Shown: positions 26,798-39,400 of the stretch, in pieces | Layout of the letters: each line of letters begins with the position of its first letter | Numbering within the stretch: position 1 is the stretch's first letter | Origin: Azolla caroliniana | Taxonomy: Eukaryota; Plantae; Polypodiophyta | Length of the DNA: 64,000 nucleotides | Direction of reading: 5' to 3' | Assembly (NCBI GenBank): GCA_043228905.1 | Contig: JBHGNT010000011.1 | Span: forward strand, 1,674,001-1,738,000 | The notes under the pieces: model-generated | Told to the model about the DNA's origin: nothing | What the model saw: the letters and a program-made list of their open reading frames with translations, nothing else | Databases searched by the model: none | Position numbers and translations under genes: made by a program

Positions 26798-27259
26798 TTA
26801 CATCTTTGCTAATTAGGTAAGCCGTATAAAGTTTGGAAACTATTTAGCTGTTATGGTTGTATTGTAGTAGCTAACTAGCTAACATGTAGTTAATTTAATA
26901 AATTTGTATTTCTTGATCATTCCTTTTATTACAGATTTTTTGTTGTATATGCCCATCACTGTAAATAGTGGGAAGGGTAGTTGCCCTAAGTCGGTTAGTA
27001 TTTAAACTGACTCTTGTAACCTAGTGACGTGTTGTTCATTTGATATATTTGTGCCATTATAACTTTCTGAGAATAATATATACAATTACTAAAAAAGAAT
27101 ACGTGTGCGATAGACACCGAGTACACAGTCAGTCTTGGAAACTCGACAGTTAGGTAAACACAGAGAATGGATGTATAGTGAGAGATAGTGAAGCCAATAG
27201 TAGCCAACTTTTCGTACAAGGCCCACATGGCCCATCACATGGTTATGTCATTACGAATG

Positions 27260-27615
27260 TCTTTTGTAATGATGATCGCATGGTGGCATTGTAACCATGT
27301 AACGAGTGACGAATATTGGATGCGTGTGTCATAGGTACGACCTCATATGAAGTGGGTCAATGAGATCATCATTACGATGATGATCTCATGGTGGCATTGT
27401 AACCATGTAATGAGTGACGAATGTTGGATGCGTGTGTCATAGGTGCGACCTCATATGAAGTGGGTCAAGCCCTACGCTCTCAACATCATGGTGGCTATGA
27501 TCGTTTCGTGATAACGCATAGCGAAATCGAAACCTCATATGAAGTGGGTCAAGCCCTACGCGCTCAACATCATTGTGGTTATGATCGTTTCATGATAACG
27601 CATAGCAAAATCGAA
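27260..27615. repeat. Two overlapping local tandem duplications (~108-bp and ~83-bp periods)
   Basis: CATGGTGGCATTGTAACCATGTAA..GGATGCGTGTGTCATAGGT occurs twice; ACCTCATATGAAGTGGGTCAA occurs three times. Confidence 0.88.
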
Positions 27616-27869
27616 GTGACCAAAGAGGATGACAACAAACAAAATTGTTGAAAATGGATGGTGACTACGCCATTCTCACAAAAATGTGAGGATGGCCACC
27701 AATATCCTTTCCCCGAAAAGGACAACGTTTGATATACAAAATCACGTAATATACACATATTTATCTTTATCACATGTATATGATTAAATACATATACACG
27801 TGATTACATATGCATATATTAAAAAAATTGTAACATCACATAGCCAAAGAATGATGTAATCAAGATACG

Positions 27870-28120
27870 TAATCGAGGCATATAGCCTCTACGCACACAA
27901 AACATCCAAAATAAGGGTGAATGTAATACGCAAATTGAGGTATTGACCTCTTATGTATACTACAGAAATTGCATATCGTTTACATAGAAATCGAGGTATT
28001 GACCTCATACGCATACACAACATATGTACGTGAACATAACACACAATTGAGGTATTAACCTCGTACGCATACAACACAAATCACATATCAAATATATGTC
28101 AAATGAAGTATTGATCTCAT
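27870..28120. repeat. ~55-60-bp repeats with palindromic core GAGGTATTGACCTC
   Basis: GAGG-N6-CCTC cores at ~27875, 27937, 27993 and 28049, plus a degenerate one at ~28105. Confidence 0.75.
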
Positions 28121-28889
28121 ACACATATGTATACATTTTATTCAACCAATTATTACCACTGCAACATAATTGAATCAATGAAAAAATTTACATATTGATT
28201 GTACATTATTAGATTGGGAGAAGAAAGAATAGAAAAAAAAAAATCAAAAAAGAGTTACCGAAGTTCGCTTGTTAATGCCTTTTTGGATCAAGGTCAACCA
28301 CACATCAATCGATCGCCATCCAACAAAAAACTTCAATCAACAAACGAAACATTAGAAGAAAAGCTCAGATACCAATTGCTAGAGCTACATCCTAATGTAA
28401 GCATGAGATAAGGATATAAAAGATAAATAGATAAGAAAGGAGAGAGAGAAAGAAGGGTGCCGACCACCCCCGAGCGAAGGGATCGAGACGGAATCGAGCC
28501 TCGATCGGCATCCCATACCACCGTCGTGGCATCGAGTTGTACCTGGTACTAGCACACTCGCTACAAGAGTTGATCCACCACAAAGACAGAGTCTCGACGT
28601 AGTCAAGATAGGATGAAATGAGGGTAGCTAGGCCTAATATTTATAGCCAGCCCTAAGACCCCAGGCAAGTTCACACTTGGCCTAATGGGTTGTCTCAATC
28701 CCAAGGATTAAAAGTAATCTTTCCCTTCTTTATAGTCTCGTTTAACCCTCACACTTTATCCACATGTATAGAATACTACCGTAAAACTTACCACAGGATA
28801 TTATATGGTCATGCCCGTAACACAGACCATTCAACTCAGGTGTCTTCGTCATTTGATACCTTGAGTCCTACAATCAGCTCAAATTGGCC

Positions 28890-31800
28890 TCTCTACTTAC
28901 CACCGTTATCAGTCCGAACAACTTTGAACTTCTGTCTATATTCCCTTTCATGGAACTCATTAAACACCAGCAACACCTGGTCTTTAGTCTTCATCACGAA
29001 AGCCCACAATTTTCTACTGTAATCATCAACGAACGTCACAAAGTATTGTCCACCATGGTATGATTGAGCATCCACATAGCATACATCTGTGTGGACTAGT
29101 TCTAGGGCATGTTCTCTTCTTATCGAAGTCCTGGATCGAACGACAGTCCTGACACTTTTTCCAAATGCATTCCTTTCACTTATGGGAGGAGATCCATTTC
29201 AGCAAGGATATGCATTCCCCTCTTATGCCACAACTCACTAGTTGTGTCCGCCTTTGCATTCACTTCACCTCGGCACAACCTTGCATGCATTACATACAAT
29301 GTGTTCTACTTTTGTGCTCGAGCCACAATTGGGCTTCCTTTGCAAAACTTCCATGCACCATTATGAAAGCTACCATTGTACCCTTCATCATCCAGTCGTC
29401 CAGCTGATATCAGATTCAATCTGACATCCGGAACATGGCGGACATCCTTCAACAATAAACTGCAGCCAGTAGATGTTAAGAAACATATATTTCCAACACC
29501 AACTATCTTGCATGCAGCATCGTTTCCCATCTTTACATAGCCATAGTCACCGATTACGTAGGATGAGAATCATTCTCTTTTGGGAGTTAGGTGAAACGAT
29601 GCACCGGAATCAACTACCCAAGAGCACTCATCATTTCCTAGATTTACAAATTCCTATCCACTAATGAACAAAAACTCTTCCTCGCTATCTACAATGGCCA
29701 AGGTGTTTTTATCTTCCGAACTTTTCTTCGGCACAACACTATCAAGACTTCTTTTGTCCCTCTTGAAGTGTCCACAGTTCTTTTGGAAGTGACCTAGTTT
29801 CCCACAATAGAAACATGTGAGTCTTCCTCTAGACTTCGACCTAACTTGGGACTTGTCTCTGTTCTAAGGACTCCTATTTTTACTTCTTCGTCTACCAAGG
29901 ACTTGGGCCATATTTGCTTCCAATCGAGACAAGGCACTCATTTATTTTCTTCTCATCTCTTTGTTTAGACAGCTTGTCTTTACAACTTGTAAAGACAAAT
30001 TTTCTTCTTGACAAGAGGCACTAAGTGACACTACTAGGGTTTCCCAACTGTCTGGTAGGGAAGAAAGTAGTAACATGGCCTATAGCTTATCATCTAAAGG
30101 GAACTTCATTGAGGCTAGTTGATTTACTATGCCCATGAAAGTACTAGTGTGCACCACAATGCTATCACCATATGTGTACTTCAACCTCACCAATTTTCTC
30201 TTCAGGGAAGCCTTATTTATTGCATTTGTCCTTTCATACATTTTGGCAAGCTTATGCCACAAGTCGTATGCATTTGTATCATTTGCCACATATTGAAGGA
30301 CGCTCACGTCTACAAACTGTTTGATAGTTGCTACGGCCTTCCTATTAAGGATTCTCCACTTAGACTCTATTACCCCTATTGGTATTTCCTTCCTTTCGAT
30401 CAACTCATATAAATCCCTAACTATCAGAAGATCTTCCATCTTGATCTTCCAATCTAAGTCGTTATGGGAGTCTAAAACTATCATTCCTAGAAAGCCACTC
30501 ATTTTTCCCTCCATCTAGAAACCTATAACTCGGATACCATATTGATGGGATTAAGACTGGAAATATGCCAGCCACTTATACAACCACTGGCCACTCAAGA
30601 GTATGGTTCACCCAACAAAACAAACAAAACAGAAATGAAACTACAAAGACACAATTTTACATGGAAAACCCTAACACAAAGAAAAACAATGAGAGCCCTC
30701 TATGTAAGGATTGTATACATTCTGTCTCCCAAAATCACTAGGGTATTTCTGAATCTCAAAAGGCCACAACCTTTGTAAAATCCTTTGTCTTGCACAGCAA
30801 ATGAAAACATAAAAAATATGGAACAAGGGCATCTGGTTCTACAAATAGAGAAAGCATGGCCCACGAACTACTTGTTAGTCTCGATTGCAAGTTTTGTAGG
30901 AACTTCAGTCACACCCTCACACTGATGCTCACGAGCATTACGTTCTCTTTCTCTTCTTCTTGTTTCGGATGTTCTCTGTCTGTTTTCTATCTTGTTATGC
31001 TCACACAAAATCTATTGTTCACTTCTCTATCTCTCTATATATTTATTTTGCCCTAACTTGTTTTCCTTATATATGCCTATTTTCGACCTTCTAGCAGTTT
31101 TTGATAAGATTTCACTCAAACAAAATTACGAAATCAAACTTAGACATAAACAGAAATAAAGAGTAGCACACGATTTACGTGGAAAACCCTGATTTCAAGG
31201 AAAAACCACGGAACAAAACTTTCCACTATAATAGAAGACATAATACAACCATGGAATGAAAGAACTTGATCTGGTCTTAATGTTCTCTGAAACCACAATT
31301 TCAGATGAGAACACCAAACCCTAGCACGTAGATGTCTTTCCCGTTCAAAACTTCCTTAGCTTAGCGGTTTTAATCTCTCTCTCTCTTCTTTTCTGCTTCC
31401 CTCAACTTTTCTTCGCACTCTCAACTTCTGAGATATGGCACTCACACAACCACTATTGTGTTCTCTCTAAGTCATTCTCTGTACCACTCTTCTCTTGCAC
31501 TATGTTCTCATATATACTACTCACGCACTCACTATTTCACTTAAGCATACTTTCACACTTTTTCTCACTATTTTTACTCCTAGTGAGTTATCCCACATGC
31601 AGACGCACTACTACGCCTGTCTGTATATATATACTAAGTCATTTCATGCACATATACATGAAGACATACATGTATATATGTATATGTGTACGAATTGACT
31701 CTCGTTTTGGTGTTTCAGTTCTTCGGCCAACCGATTATTCTTTTAGCTCTTTGACCAATTCCGACTAGCCGACTCTCAAGTCGACTTTTCGGCCGACTCC

Positions 31801-31920
31801 CCCGCAAGGAAGGACGCCTTTACATAACAGTTCTCGGCCATCCAACCCTCAATCAACCAAAAGGCCAACCGACTTACAACCTTTCAACCGTCTTCTCCCA
31901 TCAAGGACACACGCATAACA
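28890..31920 (-). mobile_element. 3'-truncated Ty1/copia element (5' LTR, PBS, gag, protease, partial integrase)
   Basis: LTR 30543-31920 (interrupted), PBS-like TGGTATCCGAG at 30529-30539 (-), gag 30080-30514, CFYCGKLGH knuckle, WVVDSGAS, and YFVTFVDDYSRKLW. Related to the 19702 element. Confidence 0.88.
31102..31829 (-). repeat. Solo LTR nested in an LTR
   Basis: TG...CA with TSD GTTTT/GTTCT. Carries the TTTACGTGGAAAACCC..AAAACCACGG motif shared with neighbouring copia LTRs. Confidence 0.82.
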
Positions 31921-32476
31921 AAACATCCTATGAATATCCATCATATAGCTCAAGCAACAATAGTTGGTATTAAAGTATTTGATGTTACATTTCCTATCTA
32001 AGTTAATTATCTAACCCTGATTGATGCATTTGATACATCCTTATCAAGGCAATTGGTACATCCTTATCTATCAATACATTTCATTTTACATATCACATCC
32101 TTCTTTGTCAATGCATTTCTGTTATATATCACATCGTTGATATAAAGGGTTTTTTACTTCAAAATGATAGGAACTTATTTTTATTGGGTGCTTGATAGAC
32201 AATATAAACAGTATGCAAAAAGGATCACAATCATCAGCTGCAGAGAACTCCACTAGCAACAGCTTAGAATTTTAATGGGGCCCAATACCTCTTCCACTCA
32301 ACTTGAAAACATTTCACAAAATGGCATGAATACACGAAAACTCAAAAAGATATTTTACTAGCGCAAGTGGCATATTGAACAGAGGTTAAAGTTTGCATTC
32401 GAAGATAAATACAAAAGTGGTATGCACTCTCAAAGACGGGAAAGCTAATAAATTATTCATTTGTTTTGAATGAGAT

Positions 32477-32845
32477 AAATATTTAAGGAAACATCGAAGT
32501 CTGTGCATAAGATTGTCATTATTTTTGTTTATGAGCATGAAAAGCAAATCAGATCATGAATCAACACATTATTTTTATGAAAAGCAAATCAGATCATGAA
32601 TCATCCAATGAAAACTCAACAAAAAACTCCATACTTGTCATCCAAATTTCTCTTATTTTGATTTTAACGAAATGTTCTTGATGTCATGATGAAAGCACAT
32701 GTGAAAAGGAATTACCATCAAACCAAGGGATTTTTTTTGTTTAAGGAAATATTTAAGGAAACATCGAAGTCTGTGCATAAGATTATCATTATTTTTGTTT
32801 ATGAGCATGAAAAGCAAATCAGATCATGAATCAACACATTATTTT
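32477..32845. repeat. ~100-bp direct repeat (32477-32575 and 32748-32845)
   Basis: AAATATTTAAGGAAACATCGAAGTCTGTGCATAAG...GAATCAACACATTATTTT occurs twice. Confidence 0.92.
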
Positions 32846-33491
32846 GAGAAACAGTCCAATTCACATCTTAAATACCAGAAGACAGAAGGGTTGATCAAGA
32901 GCCAAGATCCAGCGACAAGCTTCGACATATTGAACAAATATTAATCATCATATACACATACTAATGAGCGCTCCACTTACAGATGTAAAAGCCATATAGA
33001 CTGCAAATAGATTTATCGATGAGAGAGACCTTTCTGGTTCATGCATTAGTTTAGATTTCTGCTCACTCCCAAGATTGTATGCATGCAAAAAGGCATGGAT
33101 TACACACTTTTCATGCCTTGCAGTCTAGATGGTATTACAAATATAGAACTCACTCTCATCCACAGCACTTGTACTCTGCAAAAGAGAAGAACACGGTTGA
33201 AATGCACAAGAGAATACAAAATGTCGAATGGTGAAAGTGGGATATAAAATATTAAATCGCAAAAAGAAGCAGAGCAGTGATAAAACAAATCTAAAGGGAG
33301 ATTTAGAATCATATCGATAAGCACATTATAAGGACTGGGCACTACTGGTTTGTCCTACTGGTTTTACATGATGAAGCAGGGAGTTTGACTCTCATTGACA
33401 TATTAGGACAAAAATGAAGGTTTTGTTCAAATATTTGGCATGTCACCAAAACATGTGCACATTGCAAATACATCTACCTCAAATCATAACT

Positions 33492-36400
33492 TCAAATGTT
33501 TGGTAGAGATGGTTTGAGCTGTGCCTTTTGAAGTTTTATTGCTGCTTCAAGAATAGCCTCAAGCTCAAGTTTGAATCGTTCAATCTCAGAGTTTTTCACT
33601 TCCATTGCCAATTCCCACTTCCTCTCAGTCATGTCATGTTCAAGGCTTAACAAACGTTTGGTATCTATAAGGATCCGTTGCCATTCACATTCTCTCTGGT
33701 TTTGCCTTTCTTCCATTTCCGATACTTTCTGCTTCAATATTTGCAGCTGCTTATCCAAAAGATTGTCCATAATCACATGAGTCTAACTTCAAACTGTGTC
33801 CTTAATTTAATAAGAAACCTCCTTGATTTTCAACCAAGCACAAAGTGAATTGAAGATCCCCTCATACTACAATCACAAACGGAGAAAAGCAAGTTCCGTT
33901 CTATCTAGGTGTTTTCTTCCCAAGTTTCTCCATTATTTATTACACAAGACTATTTGATGATTGAGGTATTGTAAGTAATTTCATCTTTGCAATACATCCA
34001 TCTTTCCTGGCGCTCTATCTTTCAACAAAAACCTGTATATTAGGACATGAAATGATATTCTCTATCGCATACCTGTTGACTTGGATGCGTTGGTTGCATT
34101 TCCATATCTAGTTTGGAATCACAAGTAACACCTTGTTGCCTAAACACATGGAAAGAAAATGTTAAACTGAGAGCCATACAAGCTAAGTGAATTGATATCT
34201 GCAAAAAAACGAAAAAAGATAGAAATAACTCTATAAAATAAGTCATACATGGCCAACAATTTTCATAACATTTGGCACCATTGTCAATAGATGATGGCAC
34301 AAACGACACCATAAATTTTAAAATCCAGCCAGAATAGGTGGTTCCTGCCATCCTTGATAGTATTTCTCATTCTCCATGCTAGACTGTGACCTCGTTGTTA
34401 TTGTGCTCTCTGTCTTGTGTGTCCCATATGCTATTCTCTCTCTACAACATTTCTTCCTATGCATTCAGCTAGATCCCGATAGATATACAATTGCACAAGA
34501 GCATCCATAACCCCATTACTATCATACATAAACGTTTCCTTAGATAATCATGAGAGTTCAGTGCAGTGCTTAAATACCATCATTAGAGGATAGCTAAAAG
34601 GTTTGAATTGAACATATTTTGGCAGAATGCATCTAGCAAAATCATGTACCTTGGGTAAAAGACTTTTTCATGTCCCATATGTTTGCTTCTGTTTGGTATA
34701 TTAACTCCTGAATCACAAGGAGCTGCATATGTTTAACGTTTCAAAAAAGAATTTAAATCATGACTATAAATTTACATTTTTCGCTATCTATACACTGCAT
34801 GTTGTACACAAGGTGAGGGAATACATTGCAAAAGGATAAACTAAGGATATATGTGAGCATTTGAACAAGTAGGCATACATCACATCCTTGCATGCAGGTT
34901 AACATACCAGATGACATTGTCAGCTTCAAATGTTGCTCTTGATTTCCACCTGAGAAGCTAAATGTTTTAGCACAGTTTTCACACACTCTGCTTAAGGCTT
35001 GATAATGCTTTTTGATGGATAGTAATTCTTGAGCACCACCTTCCTGGTTCAAAAAATTCATTTAGGCACACCTTATCTGTCTGTAAATAAGCACACAAAA
35101 TGCTGAATTCAAGCATAAGCATAAGCAATATCTTTTTCTTTAATGGGGGTAAGGATTAATTCTTATTCAGAAAACCATTCTAATAAATTGATGAATAGTA
35201 GTAAATTCAAACCTGGACAAACGTTTCATACAAGGTGACACAAATGGCTTCTTAATCATCAAATTTTGAAAAACTATAACTAGAAAAGTGACCTCACTTA
35301 TTACCATTAGAACCCCTGATTTCCTCAATCATATGTTTATTCAAGAGAATGATAAGAATACATTATAGTATAACCCTAATCCTACTCCCTTCATTACAGT
35401 AAAAGAGTCAATGCCTCTTGCATCCTACCAACTTATGCTCTCTACTGACATGCTCAAAATGGCATAATTCTAGAGAAAGCATGTATGGGCTTCTAGAGAC
35501 AACAATTGTAGGTTCCAAATATATCAATTATTTAAAATAAAAAAATCTTAATTACATGGTTTTCTTTGCAATATCAAATTCTACTTCATTTCTATACCTC
35601 ATTCATGTACCTGTGAACATCCCATTTGTTTTAAATCTGATTTCCCATGTATGGTTGGTATTTGTACTTTTCCTTTTTCATACATAGCATGTAGATAATC
35701 TTCTAGGTCTTTTGATTCCTTTGAATTCTCTGTGACTGTTTCATTGCATGAGTTCTCTGTAATCTCTTCTTTTGTGTTAGCTGTAAGTTTCCCCTCTACA
35801 TCAAGCTGACATATGTTATCTGCAGAAGTTTTTTGGACATGTAATCTTAAATAATGACAACCATTTTGTTTTAATTGAAAAGAGATAAGATGAAACCTTA
35901 CCATCTCTCCCCTTTGTATTTAGATTTTTTTCCTCAAGATTCTTTATTGCTGCATCTTTTGCTGCAATGACGTTTTCTAGTAAAGCAATCTTTTCATGAA
36001 GGTCTTGTGACGATGGCCCCTATGTCAAAAAAAATAGCATTCATCATAATATGAACAACTTCAATATCTAACATGTATGCCAGTTATACATCCATCACTT
36101 CAGTCAAATCAAAAAATAACGTAAACATAACATGGAATACCACTACTCTTTTTGATGTAGGATCAGTTTTCAATCTTCCAGTTTTAATTTGCTCCAACAA
36201 ACTCTGCTTTGCATTCAATTTTTCATTTAAGTCCTTGACCTTTTTCATGTAGAAGGAGCGTACCTGAGTAATCTGCAGAAAATATATAGAGCAATGTATG
36301 TTTGTATCCATGGATAAGTTTCCTTTAGAACTCTAAACTCTAGATCCTGAACAATACCTGTGCTTCCAGATCTTTCACTCGCCTTGAATTCCCATGTTCA

Positions 36401-39400
36401 ACATTCTTAACAGACTTCTTCTGGATTTGGTTCTTCAGTTCTTGTATTCTCAATTCATACTCCCTTTTCATCTTTTCCATTCTCTTTTGTAGACTTTGAA
36501 TTTTCTTTTGGCTTTCACCCATACTAGCATTGAGAATATTTTCATAATTGAGAAGGTTCTTGTTTTCATGGTTTTCCAATTTCCTCTCCCATGTGTCCTA
36601 CAGTAATAATGGACAAACTGAAGTTTGAATAGACTTGTACCATCACTAGTATATATCAGGAAAAACATTTGATAGTGATACCAGAATGCAGAAAAGACTG
36701 GTGATATATTGTCTTGAACTTTGAAAGAGGGGCATGCATACTGAGGCGCAATGAAACTGAATGCACATGGTATGTGTGCAAGAACTTTGTGCATGTATTA
36801 TAGCTTCTACACCAATGGTATTAAATGTATTCATACCAATGTAAACAATCAAACAATGGAATACATGCTGGTTGACTCTAATAAAATATCTGTACAATAC
36901 ATATTGCTTTTATTCACTTCTTCCTTCAACTGCTTGCTAGCTTTACATACTCATACAAAGAACAGAGAGTGAAGGGCTGAACGAAAACTTTGGACTAGTA
37001 AGTCAACAGGTCTTAAAGAAAAGCTCTCACAGTACATCGGACAAAATGAGTTGTAATAAAGGCGTGCAAAATCTACACTTGGATTTCCTGAAGCATGATA
37101 TGGGGAAAACAACTATGCTGTTGCAAAGAGCCACCAATTGTGATTTACACTCGTTGTCTATCTGTAGACCAACGTTTTGTGAGTAATCTTCCCAAATCTT
37201 TCCACCTCAAGTGAAGCTTCTGGCAAACAACTTGCTTTGAAAGTTTCATTTGGAAGGTTTGGGTTTAAATGCCAAATCCTCCTTTAGAGTAGGTCCAGAT
37301 TAGGATTGCCCATGTCTCTCTTGCCAGTGTGATGCAGACAAAGGTGATTTAATACTCTCTTCCATGACTGGTTCTCTATTCAGCCTTTAATAAAGCTAGA
37401 AATGTGGTTAAATCACCTTCATAGCTTCATTGACATAAAGCAAATCATTAGCGGGTTCTTGGCTCCATCTGTGTGAGGTTGTTGGGTTAAAGCCACACTG
37501 AGCATGATCAGCACCAATGATTCTGAAAAAATAAAAATCCAAATTGTGACTGATGAGCAGCCAGTAACTATCTACTAAATGGACTGCATTTCTTCTTCAG
37601 AAATTTAGTAACCCTTTTCCAAGTCAGAATCAACAAGCTACTTTCCCTCATTATGCTTAAGATAGTTTGATCACTTACATAGATACCTTCTTTAAAAAGT
37701 AAAAGAATTTTTTCTCCACATTAATCACCCATGTGGTTACCACACAGCTACAAAAGGTTTTAAGAGGCTACATCCACAAAAACCATGGTGAGGTTTAATA
37801 ACTTTCTGAGATCTGTTGCTCATCAGGAGGTGAACCTTTTAGTAGTTGAGGGAGATGAAGAGGTTTCTTCTTAATCTTGAGAAGTCAACTGACAAAAAAA
37901 TGACTTTTACAGGAAGTTACAAGCAGGTAAGATAAAGGTGAACCCTTCACTAATTGAGAGACATTGTCAGGTTTCATCACGTAAAATCAACCAACAAAAA
38001 ATGGCTTTTACAAAACAGAACGGATGGAGAAGCCCAATTGAAATGTGGTTAGGAAGAAAAGGGATTGCCTAAGAGATCAGGAGGTATAAAGTTGCGAATG
38101 CAAACAAACCTTACCAAAATGGAGGATACACCAACAACTCAGAGGAAAAGCAGCAAAATGAAGATGGGGAAAATATGTCAGGGTCAGAGTAGCAGTCACA
38201 TAATGATAAGGAGTTAGTTGTATCCACACATCACTATCTCAAACCTCTGCTAGGGAACTAATATTTATATTTCATATTAAAATATATAATGTCGAGTATC
38301 AAATTATATATCCTGAAAATAAAAAATGCATAATAGACACTTACATCAGGAACTATATTGGTTTCCAGATCCTCACTATGTCCAAACATGCCAGATCCAT
38401 CATTGTTTGTGTAGTTTGTAATCAGTACACACTCGCACGATGCATCCAACATAGGAACACAATTCTGGACACCATTTTTTATCTGGAATTTCAATGTTTC
38501 CTCCAGATCCAGAATCTTCTTTTCTAGATATTTTTTCTCATCTTTTACCTGCAAAAGAAACATCTATTTGCAATGATTTCACATATATAACAAGTCTAGA
38601 TGCACAAACATAAGAGTTTGAACTCTTCTAAATTCTGTTCCATGTTGATTTGAAAGAGATAAAATATATTAGATACATTTTATATAAGGAAAAAAAACCT
38701 TGTTTACTTTTAATACGAGATATTCTTCTAGAAATATGTCTGAACATTTTCTGCCCATCCTTGGGAGACAGATTCGCAACATTTGTAGGCTCCTCTAAGA
38801 ACACTATATACATAGAAAGCATAAGATAGCCCACAAAATACAAGAGAACATATTTTCTTACTATAAGGTAAAATCAATGTGATGGTTGGACTTTTGGTTG
38901 TCTGAAGAAGAAAACAAGAGCGTATTATTGCAACTCTATGATACAAAATGGCACAGGCCCATAAAGGATGTAAGCAGGACATTTATCAAAGGCCAAGTCA
39001 TAAGCACTCAGCATGTTCTACAGCATTACGAAATTCCATTCATCTTTGTAAGAAAAGAAGTTTTTGTTCTATTTAGACTACAGCATATTATTATATTTGG
39101 TAACAAAATCAGTGTTGATGGGAAGCTCATGTGCGGGATGTCAATTCTTCAGGAGTTCGAGTTCAACATATTTCATATGCCTGATGGAATATACCGAGTG
39201 GGGCAATTGATGGACAGATAGAAAAACACCTGATAAATGGATTCCACTTGAATCCATACTAGGGATTCCCGATAGCTAATCTGTTTGCCCAGGATGGAGA
39301 TTCCATGAGGAAACAGTGGACAGCAGAGAAGCAGATATGGCTGTACCAGCTATGGAGATTATTGAAGACCTCGAATGTTCACAAACTTGGGGAGAGGGTA

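Larger units (their letters stand above)
15651..27070 (+). mobile_element. Degenerate Ty1/copia element with RT/RNase H deleted and 3' LTR split by two insertions
   Basis: 5' LTR 15651-16023 (TGTTGAATAC...CCAACA) and PBS TGGTATTAGAGC ~16026-16037. Gag (KFDGSNFNFWKEQMQDYL), protease (LDLGASYHVT), integrase (DLVHSDVYGP), and RT start to ~19530. PPT GGGGGAG, then 3' LTR pieces 19682-19701, 25112-~25165 and ~26985-27070 that align to the 5' LTR. Confidence 0.82.

Noticed and set aside
25165-26985. Helitron call for the insert in the LTR
   Set aside because: The 3' end is GTAG rather than CTRR, the hairpin is weak, and the 5' TC/A-T target is ambiguous.
37000-38250. Possible LINE or other retroelement remnant in a CEP162 intron
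   Set aside because: The composition differs from the flanking intron, but no ORF, motif, tail or TSD could be identified.
38628-38843. Extra CEP162 exon at ~38699-38794
   Set aside because: A phase 0-0 reading is possible, but the flanking exons already join naturally (ELDT|VKDEKK) and the peptide is not coiled-coil-like. Unsupported without RNA data.
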